Assembly: GCA_963755425.1 (NCBI GenBank)
Contig: CAVWJI010000002.1
Coordinates: forward strand, 254,299-318,298
Source: an uncultured Gemmatimonadales bacterium
GTDB taxonomy: Bacteria > Gemmatimonadota > Gemmatimonadetes > Gemmatimonadales > GWC2-71-9
Length of the DNA stretch: 64,000 bases
Direction: 5' to 3'
Shown: piece after piece, positions 23,985 to 35,549 of the stretch
Numbering within the stretch: the stretch's first letter is position 1
Layout: each line of letters begins with the position of its first letter
Translations under genes and position numbers: made by a program
The notes under the pieces: generated by a model
Seen by the model: only the letters and a program-made list of their open reading frames with translations
Database searches by the model: none
Told to the model about the DNA's origin: nothing

Positions 23985-25173
23985 AAGACCTCCCGCCGTC
24001 CTGACCATCAATGGCGGCTCATCGAGTATCCGGTTCGCGGTGTACGAAGCGGGCACCATACCGCGGCGACGGCTGGCCGGAAAGATCGATCGCATCGGAC
24101 TGAGCGGCACCACGCTGAGTCGCCACCGCGGCGGACGGCCCGGCGCCGCCGGTCCGGCCGCATCGCCGCCGGCCGATCACCGCACCGCGGCCGGCCGTCT
24201 GCTGCAATGGCTGGAGGCACAGCCCGTCTTCGCCTCCGTCAAGGCCGTGGGGCATCGCATCGTACACGGCACGACGCACGCCGAGCCGACCCGGATCACG
24301 CCGAAACTGCTGTCCGAATTGCGTCGTGCCAGAGCGTACGATCCCGATCACCTTCCCCGGGAAATCGGGTTGATCGACGCATTCCGGCGGCGGCATCCCC
24401 GGCTGCCCCAGGTGGCCTGCTTCGACTCCGCGTTTCACCGGGGCATGCCCCCGGTGGCGAAGGCCGTGCCGATTCCGCGACGTTATACGGCGAAGGGAAT
24501 CGAGCGCTACGGGTTTCACGGACTCTCCTACGCTTATCTGATGGAGGAACTCCGCCGTCTCGATCCCGCGGCGGCGCGGGGGCGCGTCATCCTGGCACAT
24601 CTCGGCAACGGCGCTTCGTTGGCGGCGGTCCGCCACGGCAAGAGCGTCGACACCAGCATGGGCTTCACGCCGACATCGGGACTGGTGATGAGCACTCGCA
24701 CCGGCGACCTGGATCCGGGCCTGGTGTACTACCTCGCTCGCACCGCGCGGATGACCGCGCCGCGCTTTCAGCGGATGGTGACTCACGAGTCCGGACTGCT
24801 CGGGGTCTCCGGCACCAGTTCCGATCTGCGTGATCTGCTCGCTCGCGAAGCACGTGACCCGCACGCGGCGGCGGCCGTGGCACTGTTCTGCTATCAGGCC
24901 CGGAAATGGATCGGATCGTTCGCCGCGGTCCTGGGCGGGCTCGACACGCTCGTCTTCGCCGGCGGCATCGGCGAGAACGCGCCGGTCATCCGCCAACGCA
25001 TCTGTGGCGATCTCGGATTTCTCGGCGTCGCGATCGAAAGCCGGCGGAACGCGCGCAGCGCGCCGGTGATCTCCCCGACCCGCCGGCGGGTGACGGTCCG
25101 GGTCATCCGCACCGACGAAGATCTCATGATCGCCCGCTCGGTGATCCGCGTCCTCGCACCCGGCCGACCGTAG
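23981..25173 (+). CDS. ackA: Acetate/propionate kinase
   Basis: INGGSSS, GHRIVHG, FDSAFH, RYGFHGLSY, HLGNGAS, MGFTP, FAGGIGEN, TDE; start region frameshifted. Confidence 0.92.
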
Positions 25174-25197
25174 TTCTACTTCATCCCTTCGAGCGAT
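25156..25197 (+). promoter_or_regulatory. Conserved box site A (tandem GCACCC-N4-GACCGT and TCATCC-CTTC-GAGCGAT) upstream of PRC-barrel gene
   Basis: Main box 25181-25196, ~120 bp before ATG 25318; one of ten similar sites. Confidence 0.6.
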
Positions 25198-25317
25198 TTC
25201 GCTCGCGTGCCGGACGGGATAGGGTTCCATCCAGTGCCGCAGGTGACGTCATCCGATTCCGCGCCCTCCCGATGACCGGTGGAGGTGTCGCCGCCGCCCC
25301 ATGAGAGGACTGTCACG

Positions 25318-26106
25318 ATGTTGCTCAGCGCACGGATGTTGACCGGCTACACCCTGAACTGCCGGGACGGGCAGATCGGTCGGGTGAAGGGTTTCTATTT
25401 CGACGACCGTCACTGGACCGTTCGATATCTTGTCGCGGGCACCGGCGAGTGGCTTGCGGAACGCCAGGTCCTGATTTCTCCCTACGCGCTCGGCGCCGTC
25501 AACCCGACCACTGGCGACATCGTCGTCGATTTGCGCAAGCAGCAAATCGAGGATAGTCCGCCATTGGACAGCGACAGGCCGGTTTCCCGGCAATTCGAGG
25601 ACGCCTACCACGGGTACTACGGCTGGCCCAGGTACTGGGCCGGCTCCAACGTCTGGGGGGCGTATCCGGAAATCGCCCGGAGCCCGGCCGAGTGGACGGC
25701 GCCGTTGGTTCACGAGCGGCCAGAAGATGCCCACCTCCGCAGCACACACGATGTCCGGGGACATCATGTCGAGGCGACCGACGGCGGAATCGGACACGTC
25801 GAGGATTTTCTCATCGACGACAGAACGTGGACCATCCGGTATCTCGTGGTCGGCACGCGGAATTGGTGGCCGGGAAAGCGGGTGCTGGTGTCGCCGGAAT
25901 GGATTGACCGGGTGAGTTGGCCCGAGGCGAAGGTGTTCGTCCACGTCAACCGGGACCGGATCCAGCATGCCCCGGAATACACCGACAAGACCCCGTTGAC
26001 CCGTGCGTTCGAAATCAGCTTGATGGAGTACTACAAGAGCCCGGCATACGAGACCGATGATACGACGGCCACGCCGTTCGCCGGGGGACGTGGACGCGAG
26101 GCCTGA
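25318..26106 (+). CDS. Tandem PRC-barrel domain protein
   Basis: Two repeats of DGxIGxVxxFxxDDxxWTxRYLVxxTxxW...VLISP. Confidence 0.88.
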   Translation: MLLSARMLTGYTLNCRDGQIGRVKGFYFDDRHWTVRYLVAGTGEWLAERQVLISPYALGAVNPTTGDIVVDLRKQQIEDSPPLDSDRPVSRQFEDAYHGYYGWPRYWAGSNVWGAYPEIARSPAEWTAPLVHERPEDAHLRSTHDVRGHHVEATDGGIGHVEDFLIDDRTWTIRYLVVGTRNWWPGKRVLVSPEWIDRVSWPEAKVFVHVNRDRIQHAPEYTDKTPLTRAFEISLMEYYKSPAYETDDTTATPFAGGRGREA

Positions 26107-26200
26107 CGCCCTGTTGCGCGGATGGTGGGCACGCCGGCGCGATGGGCTGCCGATCCGGCAATCAGGCACAATCTCCTGCATCGGGATGTGAGCGATTCAG

Positions 26201-26443
26201 ATGGTGATCTCATGGTTCTGGCTCTGGTTGGTTTTCATGTTCATCTTTTTGAGTTACGGTTGGGGCTACCGCCATTGGGGTCCGCCGTATCCCCGGTATG
26301 TCCAGCGGCGCCGGAGCGCCGGGGCGGCCGCGAACGGCGCCGCGGCGTTCGACCACCATGCCTGGGGTTGGGGCGGCGACGTCGTCTGGGTCATGTTCAT
26401 CGTCGGCATGGTGTGGGTGGTGGCGGGAATCTGGCGGCGATGA
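26201..26443 (+). CDS. Small two-TM membrane protein, Trp/Gly/Tyr-rich
   Basis: 80 aa, hydrophobic ends, YGWGYRHWGPPYP and WGWGGD motifs. Confidence 0.65.
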   Translation: MVISWFWLWLVFMFIFLSYGWGYRHWGPPYPRYVQRRRSAGAAANGAAAFDHHAWGWGGDVVWVMFIVGMVWVVAGIWRR

Positions 26444-26519
26444 GGAGCCGCTGCATCGCCGGCGGCTGACCGGACCGCACGACACCGTGGCCGCATCAGG
26501 AGCCGGTCGATGCGGAGAC

Positions 26520-26533
26520 TTGATGTCGATGAA
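26520..26533 (+). promoter_or_regulatory. Putative FNR/FixK/Anr-type box
   Basis: TTGAT-GTCG-ATGAA, one mismatch to TTGAT-N4-ATCAA, ~90 bp upstream of the xfp start. Confidence 0.5.
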
Positions 26534-26621
26534 TCCGACGCCGTGACGGACCGGCGCCGGACATACCCGACGGGCGCCCTGATCGTTGATCGCGTCGACT
26601 GCCGCAGAAGGAGTTGCTGTC

Positions 26622-29009
26622 GTGTCACCCCTGACCGTACCGGGCAACCCGCTTTCCCCGGAGTTGCTCCATCGGATGAACGCCTACTGGCGGGCCGCCA
26701 ATTACCTCTCGGTCGGCCAGATCTACCTCTACGACAATCCGCTGCTGAAGGAGCCGCTCACCCTGGCGCACGTCAAACCGCTGGTGGTGGGACATTGGGG
26801 CACCACGCCGGGGCAGAACTTCATCTACGTGCATCTCAACCGGGCCATCAGGAAATACCACCTGGACATGTTCTATGTCGCGGGCCCGGGTCACGGCGGC
26901 CCGGCGATCGTGGGCAACGTCTACCTGGAAGGCACCTGGAGCGAGGTCTATCCCGACGTGACCCAGGACGAGGCCGGGCTGAAGAAGCTGTTCAAGCAGT
27001 TCTCGTTTCCCGGCGGCATCTCGAGTCATGTGGCGCCGACGACCCCGGGATCGATTCACGAGGGCGGCGAACTGGGCTACTCGCTCAGCCACGCGTTCGG
27101 GGCGGCGTTCGACAACCCCGGGCTGATCGTGGCCTGCGTCATCGGCGATGGCGAGGCGGAAACCGGCCCCCTGGCCACCGCCTGGCATTCCAACAAGCTC
27201 CTCGATCCGGTCACCGACGGCGCCGTGCTGCCGATCCTCCATCTCAACGGTTACAAGATCAGCAATCCGACCCTGCTGGCCCGCATCGAGCACGACGAAC
27301 TGGAGCAGTTCATCCGGGGATGCGGGTGGACGCCGCTCTTCGTCGAGAGGCGACGACCCGGACACGATGCACCAGCTGATGGCTGGCGCGGTGGACGCCG
27401 CCATCGAGCAGATTCAGCGCATCCAGCAGAACGCGCGATCCAACAATGACACCACGCGGCCGCGCTGGCCGATGATCGTCCTCCGGTCGCCGAAGGGCTG
27501 GACCGGGCCGTTGCTCGTCGATGGCCTGCAGATCGAGGGACCTTCCGGTCGCATCAGGTGCCGCTGCTGGTGGACGCCGAACATCCCGAACATGTCCACC
27601 AGCTCGAAGCCTGGATGAAGAGCTACCGGCCCGAGGAGCTGTTCGACGCAGAACGGCCGGCTCGATGCCGGAATTGGCCGAACTGGCCCCACAGGGTGAT
27701 CGGCGCATGGGCGCCAATCCGCACACCAACGGCGGCGTCCTGCTGCGCGACCTGCGGATGCCGGACTTCCACGACCACGCGGTGACGGTGCCTTCGCCGG
27801 GCGCCGTCAATGCCCAGGACACCCTGGTGCTCGGCAAGTTCCTGCGCGATGTCGACACGCTGAACCAGGATCACCGCAATTTCCGCGTCTTCGGTCCCGA
27901 TGAGACGCTCTCGAACCTCCTCGGTGCGGTGTTCGACACCACCAACCGCCAGTGGGACGCCCGGACAGTCGGCGAACGACGAGTTTCTGGCGCCTACCGG
28001 GCGGGTGCTGGACTCGATGCTCAGCGAACACCAGTGCGAGGGGTGGCTGGAGGGATACCTGCTCACCGGCCGGCACGGAATCTTCAATTGCTACGAAGCC
28101 TTCGTCCGGATCGTCGATTCCATGTTCAGCCAGCACGCCAAGTGGCTCAAGGTCACCCGCGAGTTGCCGTGGCGGCGCCCGATCGCCTCGCTCAACTACC
28201 TGCTCGCCTCACACGTCTGGCAGCAGGATCACAACGGGTTCACTCACCAGGACCCCGGCTTCCTCGATCATGTGATCAACAAGAAGGCGGACATCGTCCG
28301 GGTGTATCTCCCGCCGGACGCCAACTGTCTGCTGTCGGTGATCGATCACTGCCTGCGCAGCCGGCACTATGTCAACGTCGTGGTGGCCGGCAAGCATCCG
28401 CTGCCGCAATGGCTGACGATGGACGAGGCGGTGGTGCACTGCACCGAGGGCATCGGGATCTGGAAGTGGGCCAGCAACGATGAGGGCGTCGAGCCGGACG
28501 TCGTGATGGCCTGCTGCGGCGACACCCCGACGCTCGAGATCCTGGCAGCCGTGTCGATCCTGCGGAAGCACCTGCCCGAGCTGAAGGTCCGCGTCATCAA
28601 TGTCGTCGACCTGATGCGGCTGCAACCCAGCACCGAGCACCCGCACGGGCTGAGCGACTGGGATTACGACGCGCTCTTCACGACCGACAAGCACGTCGTC
28701 TTCGGCTTCCATGGGTACCCGTGGCTGATTCATCGGCTGACCTACCGCCGCACCAACCACCACATGCACGTGCGAGGTTACAAGGAAGAGGGAACCATCA
28801 CCACGCCGTTCGACATGAGGGTGCAGAACGACCTCGATCGCTTCCATCTGGTGCAGGACGTGGTCGATCGCCTGCCGCAGTTGGGCGCCAAGGGCGCCTA
28901 TCTGAAGCAGATGGTGAAGGACAAGCTGATCGAACACAAGCAGTACATCGATCAGCACGGCCAGGACATGCCGGAGATCCGGAACTGGAAGTGGAGCACC
29001 ACACCATGA
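26622..29009 (+). CDS. xfp: Phosphoketolase (Xfp/Xpk), frameshifted
   Basis: [73 protein letters not shown]; GAAGGAG RBS. Confidence 0.93.
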
Positions 29010-31834
29010 CGGCGCACACCGCGACGGTGACCAAGCCGGCCGCCGACCTCAAGACGCTGCCGCTCGCCGAAGTCGAAAAGGAGCTCGCATCGTCGCCGGA
29101 CGGCCTGACGGCGGCCGAGGCGGCGAAGCGGCTGACCGGGTACGGGACCGAACGAAATCCCGGTCAAGCACACCAACCCGTTCCTGAAGTTCCTGACCTA
29201 CTTCTGGGGCCCGATCCCGTGGATGATCGAGGGAGCCGTGATCCTGTCGGGTGTCGTGAGGCACTGGCTCGACCTCGCCATCATCTCCGTGCTGCTGCTT
29301 TCGAATGCCGTGGTGGGGTTCTGGGAGGAGCGCCAGGCCGGGAACGCCATCGCGGCACTCAAGGCCAAGTCTGGCGAACAAGGCCACCGTCAAGCGTGAC
29401 AAGAAGTGGGTGAACCCGCTGGCGCGCGAGCTGGTGCCGGGCGACGTGGTCCGCCTCCGTCTCGGCGACATCGTTCCGGCGGATACACGCCTGCTGGCCG
29501 GCGACCCGGTGCAGGTCGATGAGTCGGCACTGACCGGCGAATCATTGCCCGCCACGCGCAAGACCGGTGATGCCGTGTATTCGGGGTCGATCATTCGCCG
29601 GGGTGAGATTGACGCGTTGGTCTACGCCACCGGGACCAGCACCTACTTCGGCAAGACCGCGCAACTGGTCGAACAGGCGCACAATGTCAGCCATTTCCAG
29701 CGTGCGGTCCTGAAGATCGGTGACTATCTCATCGTCCTGGCGGTCATCCTGGTCGCGGTGATCGTCGGCGTCGCCATCCTCCGGGGCGATGCCGTGCTCA
29801 CGACGGTGCAGTTCGCGCTGGTGCTGCTGGTGGCGGCGATTCCCGTGGCGATGCCGACGGTGCTGTCGGTGACCATGGCCGTTGGCGCGCGCCTGCTGGC
29901 AAGGAAACAGGCGATTGTGACCCGATTGGCCGCCATCGAGGAACTCGCCGGCGTCGACGTGCTCTGTTCCGACAAGACCGGCACCCTGACCGAGAACAAG
30001 CTCACCCTCGGGCGATCCATTCTGCATCAACGGGGTGACCGCCGAACAGCTCGTCCTCGACGCCGCCCTCGCGTCGCGGGCAGAGGACAAGGACACCATC
30101 GACCTGGCCGTGCTCGGCGGCCTGAAGAACGATCAGGCGCTCAAGAGCTATCAGATCGTACACTACCAGCCCTTCGATCCGGTCCACAAGCGCACCGAGG
30201 CGACGGTCAAGGACACCGGCGGGAAGCAGTTCCAGGTGACCAAGGGTGCGCCGCAGGTCATCCTCGCGATGTCGACCAACATCGCGGCGATCAAGCCGGC
30301 CGTCGACAAGGCGGTCAACGATTTTGCGGGCCGTGGCTTCCGCTCCCTTGGCGTGGCCCGGGCGGACCAGGCTGGCCAATGGATGTTCGTCGGCGTGCTG
30401 CCGATGTTCGACCCGCCGCGGCCGCAGGCCAGGGCGACCATCGCCAGCGCCGAGCAGATGGGCGTCGCGGTCAAGATGGTGACCGGCGATCAACTCGCCA
30501 TCGCGAAGGAAACGGCCCGGCAGCTGGGGATGGGCACCAACATTCTTGACGCCAGCGGACTGGGCGACATCAAGGGCGACGCCACCCCGGCGCAGGCGAC
30601 CTCGATCGAACAGGCGGACGGCTTCGCCCAGGTGTTCCCGGAACACAAGTTTCACATCGTCGAGGTGCTGCAGCAACGCGGGCACATCGTGGGCATGACC
30701 GGCGATGGTGTGAACGATGCCCCCGCCCTGAAGAAAGCCGATTGCGGCATCGCCGTCTCGGGGGCGACCGACGCCGCGCGCGCGGCGGCATCGATCGTGC
30801 TGCTGGCACCGGGCCTCTCCGTGATCATCGACGCGATCAAGGAAAGCCGGAAGATCTTCCAGCGGATGAACAGCTACGCGATCTACCGCATTGCCGAGAC
30901 CCTGCGGGTGCTGCTGTTCATGACGGTCGCCATCCTGGCGTTCAACTTCTATCCGGTGACCGCGGTCATGATCGTGATGATCGCGCTGTTGAACGACGGC
31001 GCCATCCTCTCGATTGCCTACGACAATGTGCACTACCGGAACAAGCCCGAAGCCTGGAACATGCGGCTGGTGCTCGGGATCGCCACCGTGCTCGGCACCA
31101 TTGGCGTCGTGGCGGTGTTCGGCCTCTTCCTGCTCGGCAAGATGGTGTTCCACCTGGACCGCGATCATCTCCAGACCCTGATGTACCTGAAGCTCTCCAT
31201 CGCCGGACACCTGACGATCTTCCTGACCCGTACCCGCGGCCCGTTCTGGTCGATCCGTCCCGCCAAGACCCTCTGGATCGCGGTGCTCGGCACGCAGACC
31301 GTGGCGACGCTGATCGCAGTGTACGGGCTGTTCATGACTCCGCTGGGCTGGAGCCTGGCGCTCTTCGTCTGGGGATATGCGCTGGTCTGGGCATTCCTGA
31401 ACGATCGCGTGAAGCTGCTGGCCTACCACTGGCTCGATCCCGTGAAGGCCGCGCCGAGCACCGCATCGGCCGGCACGTCAGAGTCCGCCGCGGCATCGAA
31501 GCCCGCGGCCAGAACCGCCCCGCAACCCGAGGCCGATGCCGTGCCCAAACCCGATGCTGCCGCCACACCCGTTACCGCGACTGCCGCCAAGCCCGATGCC
31601 GTCGCCACACCCGAGCCGGATGCGACCGTTGCGGCGAAACCGAATGCGACGACTGCAACCAAGCCCGACGCAACGACTGCGGCGAAGCCGGATGCCGCTG
31701 CACCCAAGACCGACGCAACACTTCCGGTCAAGGCCGACGCGACGGCGGCGGCGAAGCCGGACGCCGCTCCACCCAAGCCCGATGATGCGACCAGCGCTGC
31801 ACCGGGAGGCCATGCGTCTACCCCGAATCGATAG
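29006..31834 (+). CDS. Plasma-membrane-type proton-efflux P-type ATPase (P3A) with low-complexity C-terminal tail, frameshifted
   Basis: [69 protein letters not shown]. Confidence 0.9.
31495..31800 (+). repeat. Degenerate (A/T)AKPDA peptide repeats in the ATPase tail
   Basis: Roughly ten AAGCC(C/G)GA(T/C)GC-like units encoding KPDA / KPNA / KTDA / KADA. Confidence 0.75.
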
Positions 31835-32189
31835 ATCGGCCGACATCGCGCGCCGTGCCTACACGTTGTACCAGCAGGCCGGGAGCCACGATGGCCGGGC
31901 CGCGCAGGACTGGAAGCAGGCGGAGGCGGAAAGCCAAGGGACCAACCCGCCGGCCGAAGCTGATGCGGCCGGCGTGGCCGGGTCGAAGCCGGAGCCCGCG
32001 CCGGCGGCAGCGTCTCAGACCGCGCCCGAGGCCACAACGGAGCCGGCGGAAGTGCCAGGTCCGAAACTCGTTGCTCGCGTTCACGCGCTGTACGAAGAAC
32101 TGGGGCGCGACGACGTCGGCGCGGTGCGGGACTGGGAGAAGGCACAGGCGGAGCACGGCAACGACAAGGCAGAAGCGGAGAAGACATGA
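31812..32189 (+). CDS. Two DUF2934-like domains (separate gene or frameshifted C-terminus of the ATPase)
   Basis: IARRAYTLYQQAGSHDGRAAQDWKQAEAE and LVARVHALYEELGRDDVGAVRDWEKAQ. Confidence 0.7.
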   Translation: MRLPRIDRSADIARRAYTLYQQAGSHDGRAAQDWKQAEAESQGTNPPAEADAAGVAGSKPEPAPAAASQTAPEATTEPAEVPGPKLVARVHALYEELGRDDVGAVRDWEKAQAEHGNDKAEAEKT

Positions 32190-33072
32190 GCGTCATCGAG
32201 GCAGAAGACTTCCGGGTGCGGCCCGGAGCAAAGGTCAAGCTCGAGAAGTGGCCAACGACCGTGAAACCGTACTGCGCGTCCAAGGAGGCCTATCAGAGCC
32301 TCCTGGCCGAGCACGTTGACAAGGCTGAGCGTGCTGCAACGGCTCCATTACGCATCCGACCGCCACGCGCTGCTGTTGATCTTTCAGGGCATGGACGCCG
32401 CCGGCAAGGATGGCGCCATCCGGCACGTCATGTCCGGCGTGAATCCGGAGGGCTGCGAGGTGTTCAGCTTCAAGCAGCCAAGCGCCGAGGAGCTGCAGCA
32501 CGACTTCCTGTGGCGCACCACCTGCCGGCTGCCGGAGCGCGGGCGGATCGGCATCTTCAACCGGTCCTATTATGAGGAAGTGCTCGTCGTTCGCGTCCAC
32601 CCCGAGTTGCTCCGCAGTCAGATGCTTCCGGACCGGGTGCTCGCCGGGAACGACCTGTGGAAGAAGCGCTACCAATCGATCACCGATCTCGAGAAGCATC
32701 TCCACCGCAACGGCACCAGGATCGTCAAGATCTTCCTCCATCTGTCCCGGGACGAGCAACGCAAGCGCTTCCTCGAGCGCCTCGACGAGCCGGACAAGAA
32801 CTGGAAGTTCAGCATGGCGGACATCCACGAACGGAAGTACTGGCAGGCAGTACCAGACGGCGTACGAGGAATGCCTGCGGGCCACCAGCACGCATCACGC
32901 GCCCTGGTACGTCGTGCCGGCCGACGACAAGGACAATGCCCGGCTGATCGTGTCCCGAATCGTGCTCGACGCGCTGGAGCGAATCCGGATGGCGTATCCG
33001 AAGCCGACTCCGCCAAGCCGCCGCCGGGAGTCGGCGGCGATTCGCCGCGAGCTGGCCGGAACGCACCGGTAG
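32186..33072 (+). CDS. ppk2: Polyphosphate kinase 2 family (class III-like), frameshifted
   Basis: [53 protein letters not shown]. Confidence 0.9.
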
Positions 33073-33139
33073 CCGATGCCCTGTCGAGTATGATACCAGC
33101 AGGCCGGAAGATTCCCCTGATGCGGAAACGGAGCATGGC

Positions 33140-33470
33140 ATGCAGATCCAGATCAACACCGATCACAACATCGCCGGGCATGAAGCCATGGCGGCTGAGG
33201 TCACCCGCGTGGTGGATCACGTGCTGGAGCGGTTCAAGGAACGCATCACCAGGGTCGAGGTCCATCTTGACGACGAGAACGGCCCCAAGGGAGGGCTGAA
33301 CGACAAGCGCTGCATGCTGGAAGCCCGCCTCGAGGGCCGACAGCCGATCGCGGTGACGCATCATGCTGGCACGATCACCCAGGCCGTTCATGGCGCCGCG
33401 GACGAACCTCGTCCGGGTAATCGAGAGCACGCTGGCCCGCGCCGCACACGCCAACGGGGCCCGGGCGTGA
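33140..33470 (+). CDS. HPF/RaiA ribosome-associated protein, frameshift near 3' end
   Basis: [36 protein letters not shown]. Confidence 0.85.
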
Positions 33471-33539
33471 CCGGCGCCTGTCCGGCCCGGTAGCGCCGCG
33501 GCGATGCTGCGCCACCGCGAGCCCGTATCCGCTGAGACA

Positions 33540-34446
33540 ATGAAGTCATCCGTGTGGAGGCTCGTGACGCGCGCCGGCAGGCGCTGGACGGACGCGGACG
33601 GCGAGCAAGGCGCGGCGGCACTGGCCTACTACCTGCTGGTGTCGCTCCTGCCGTTCCTCCTCATCCTGGTGGCCGCTGGTTCCCTGTTCTTCGCGCGCGA
33701 CGTGGTCGCGCAGAGCGTCGTCCAGCTGGCCAATCGCTTCACGCCGCTGACGGCCGAGCAGGAGCACGCCGGCGAAGCGGTCATACGCGGCCTCCTCGAC
33801 CGACCCGACGCAATCAGCGTCACCGCATTGCGTGCTGATGACACTCGGGGCGCTGCAATTTCTTCGCACCCTGATCCGGACGACGAATCGCGTCTGGCGG
33901 TCGCCGGCATACAGCTGGTGGCGCCTGCCGTTGAAGAGCCTCAGCCTGCTCGGCATCGCAACAGGCATCGTGCTGACTGGCATCCTGCTTCCCGAGTTGG
34001 CGGCCTGGATGCAGTCATGGCTTGCCGACAGGCTCCCATTCCCCCAATGGGCCTTCACGCTGCTGGTCGGTCTCATTCCGTGGCTGGCGCTCTTCGGCGG
34101 GTTGACGGTGATCTATCGCCTGGCCCCCAGCCGGGGCAGCAGGTTTGCCGAGGTATGGATCGGGGCCCTGGCCGCGACGGGATTGATCGGAATCGGCGAA
34201 CTGCTGTTCCACGTGTATGCGGTCAACTTCGGGCATTTCGGCGCGTACTACGGCGCACTGGGCGGCGTCGTCGCCTTCCTGCTCTGGATCTATGTGGCCA
34301 GCTGCGCGTGCGTCGGAGGCGTCTGCTTGTGCGCAGCAGGCGCCGAGGGCCGCGGGCGAGGCGAGTGCATCAGGCGGCGCCGGCGAGGCCCGCGATGGGG
34401 CGAGCGAATGACCAAGTCCGGCGCTTCTCGACAGGAGTCCATATGA
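33540..34446 (+). CDS. YihY/BrkB family membrane protein, frameshift near 33830
   Basis: AAALAYYLLVSLLPFLL, NRVW, YYGALGGVVAFLLWIY. Confidence 0.85.
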
Positions 34447-35549
34447 AGGCGACAGAGCAGTTGCACGAGATCGGCCAGAGCCTCTGGCTCGACAACATCA
34501 CCCGAGGCATCCTCGACGACGAAACATTGCAACGCTACATCAGCGACCTGTCGGTGACCGGGCTGACGTCCAATCCGACCATCTTCGATCATGCCATCAG
34601 GAATGGCGCCTGCTACGACGAAGCCATCCGGGCGAAGGCGGCTCAGGGCAGGTCGGGTGAGTCGCTCTTCTTCGAACTCGCCATCGAGGACCTGCAGCGT
34701 GCGGCTGATCTGTTCCGCCCGGTTCACGATCGAACCGACGGAGCCGACGGTTGGGTGTCGTTGGAGGTGTCGCCGCTACTGGCCAACGATGCCGCCGGTA
34801 CGATCCGCGCGGCGGCCGCGCTCCACGCCGCCGCAGATCGCCCCAACCTCTTCATCAAGATCCCGGGCACTCCCGAGGGAGTCCACGCCATTGAGGAGTC
34901 GATCTTTGCCGGCGTCGCGGTGAACGTCACGCTGTTGTTCTCCGCGGCGCAGTACCGGGCCGCCGCCGCCGCCTACCTGCGAGGGATCGAACGTCGGATC
35001 ATCGCGGGCCGCGATCCACGGATCGGCTCCGTCGCGTCGATCTTCGTGAGCCGCTGGGACGTAGCGGTCAAGGACACGGTGCCGGCCGCCCTCCGCAATC
35101 GACTGGGCATCGCGATCGCCAGGGACACCTACCGGGCGTATCGCGAAGTACTGGCGTCACCGCGTTGGCGCACGATCGCTGCCCATGGTGCACGTCCGCA
35201 ACGCCTGCTCTGGGCCAGCACCGGCACCAAGGATCCCGCCGCGTCCGACACGCTCTATGTCGAAGCCCTCGCGGCCCCCGACACCATCAACACCATGCCG
35301 GAGAAGACGCTGCTCGCCTTTGCCGATCATGGCCGGCTGGATGGCCAGCTGCCACCCGACGGCGGCGACGCCGATACGGTGCGCGCCGAGTTCACGCGCC
35401 ACGGCGTGGACCCTGCGGCGCTGGCTACCCGGCTCCAGCAGGAAGGGGCAACGGCGTTCGACGCCTCGTGGCAGGACCTGCTCGAATGTCTCGCCGCCAA
35501 GCGGGCAACACTGATGCACACAGTCCATGCCGGAGCCGGCCAACCATGA
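34443..35549 (+). CDS. tal: Transaldolase
   Basis: [54 protein letters not shown]; AGGAG RBS. Confidence 0.93.
   Translation: MKATEQLHEIGQSLWLDNITRGILDDETLQRYISDLSVTGLTSNPTIFDHAIRNGACYDEAIRAKAAQGRSGESLFFELAIEDLQRAADLFRPVHDRTDGADGWVSLEVSPLLANDAAGTIRAAAALHAAADRPNLFIKIPGTPEGVHAIEESIFAGVAVNVTLLFSAAQYRAAAAAYLRGIERRIIAGRDPRIGSVASIFVSRWDVAVKDTVPAALRNRLGIAIARDTYRAYREVLASPRWRTIAAHGARPQRLLWASTGTKDPAASDTLYVEALAAPDTINTMPEKTLLAFADHGRLDGQLPPDGGDADTVRAEFTRHGVDPAALATRLQQEGATAFDASWQDLLECLAAKRATLMHTVHAGAGQP

Noticed and set aside
33504-35549. Apparent YihY-transaldolase fusion (681 aa)
   Set aside because: YihY shifts frame near 33830 and ends at 34446; tal has its own RBS and ATG at 34443, so the read-through is an indel artefact.
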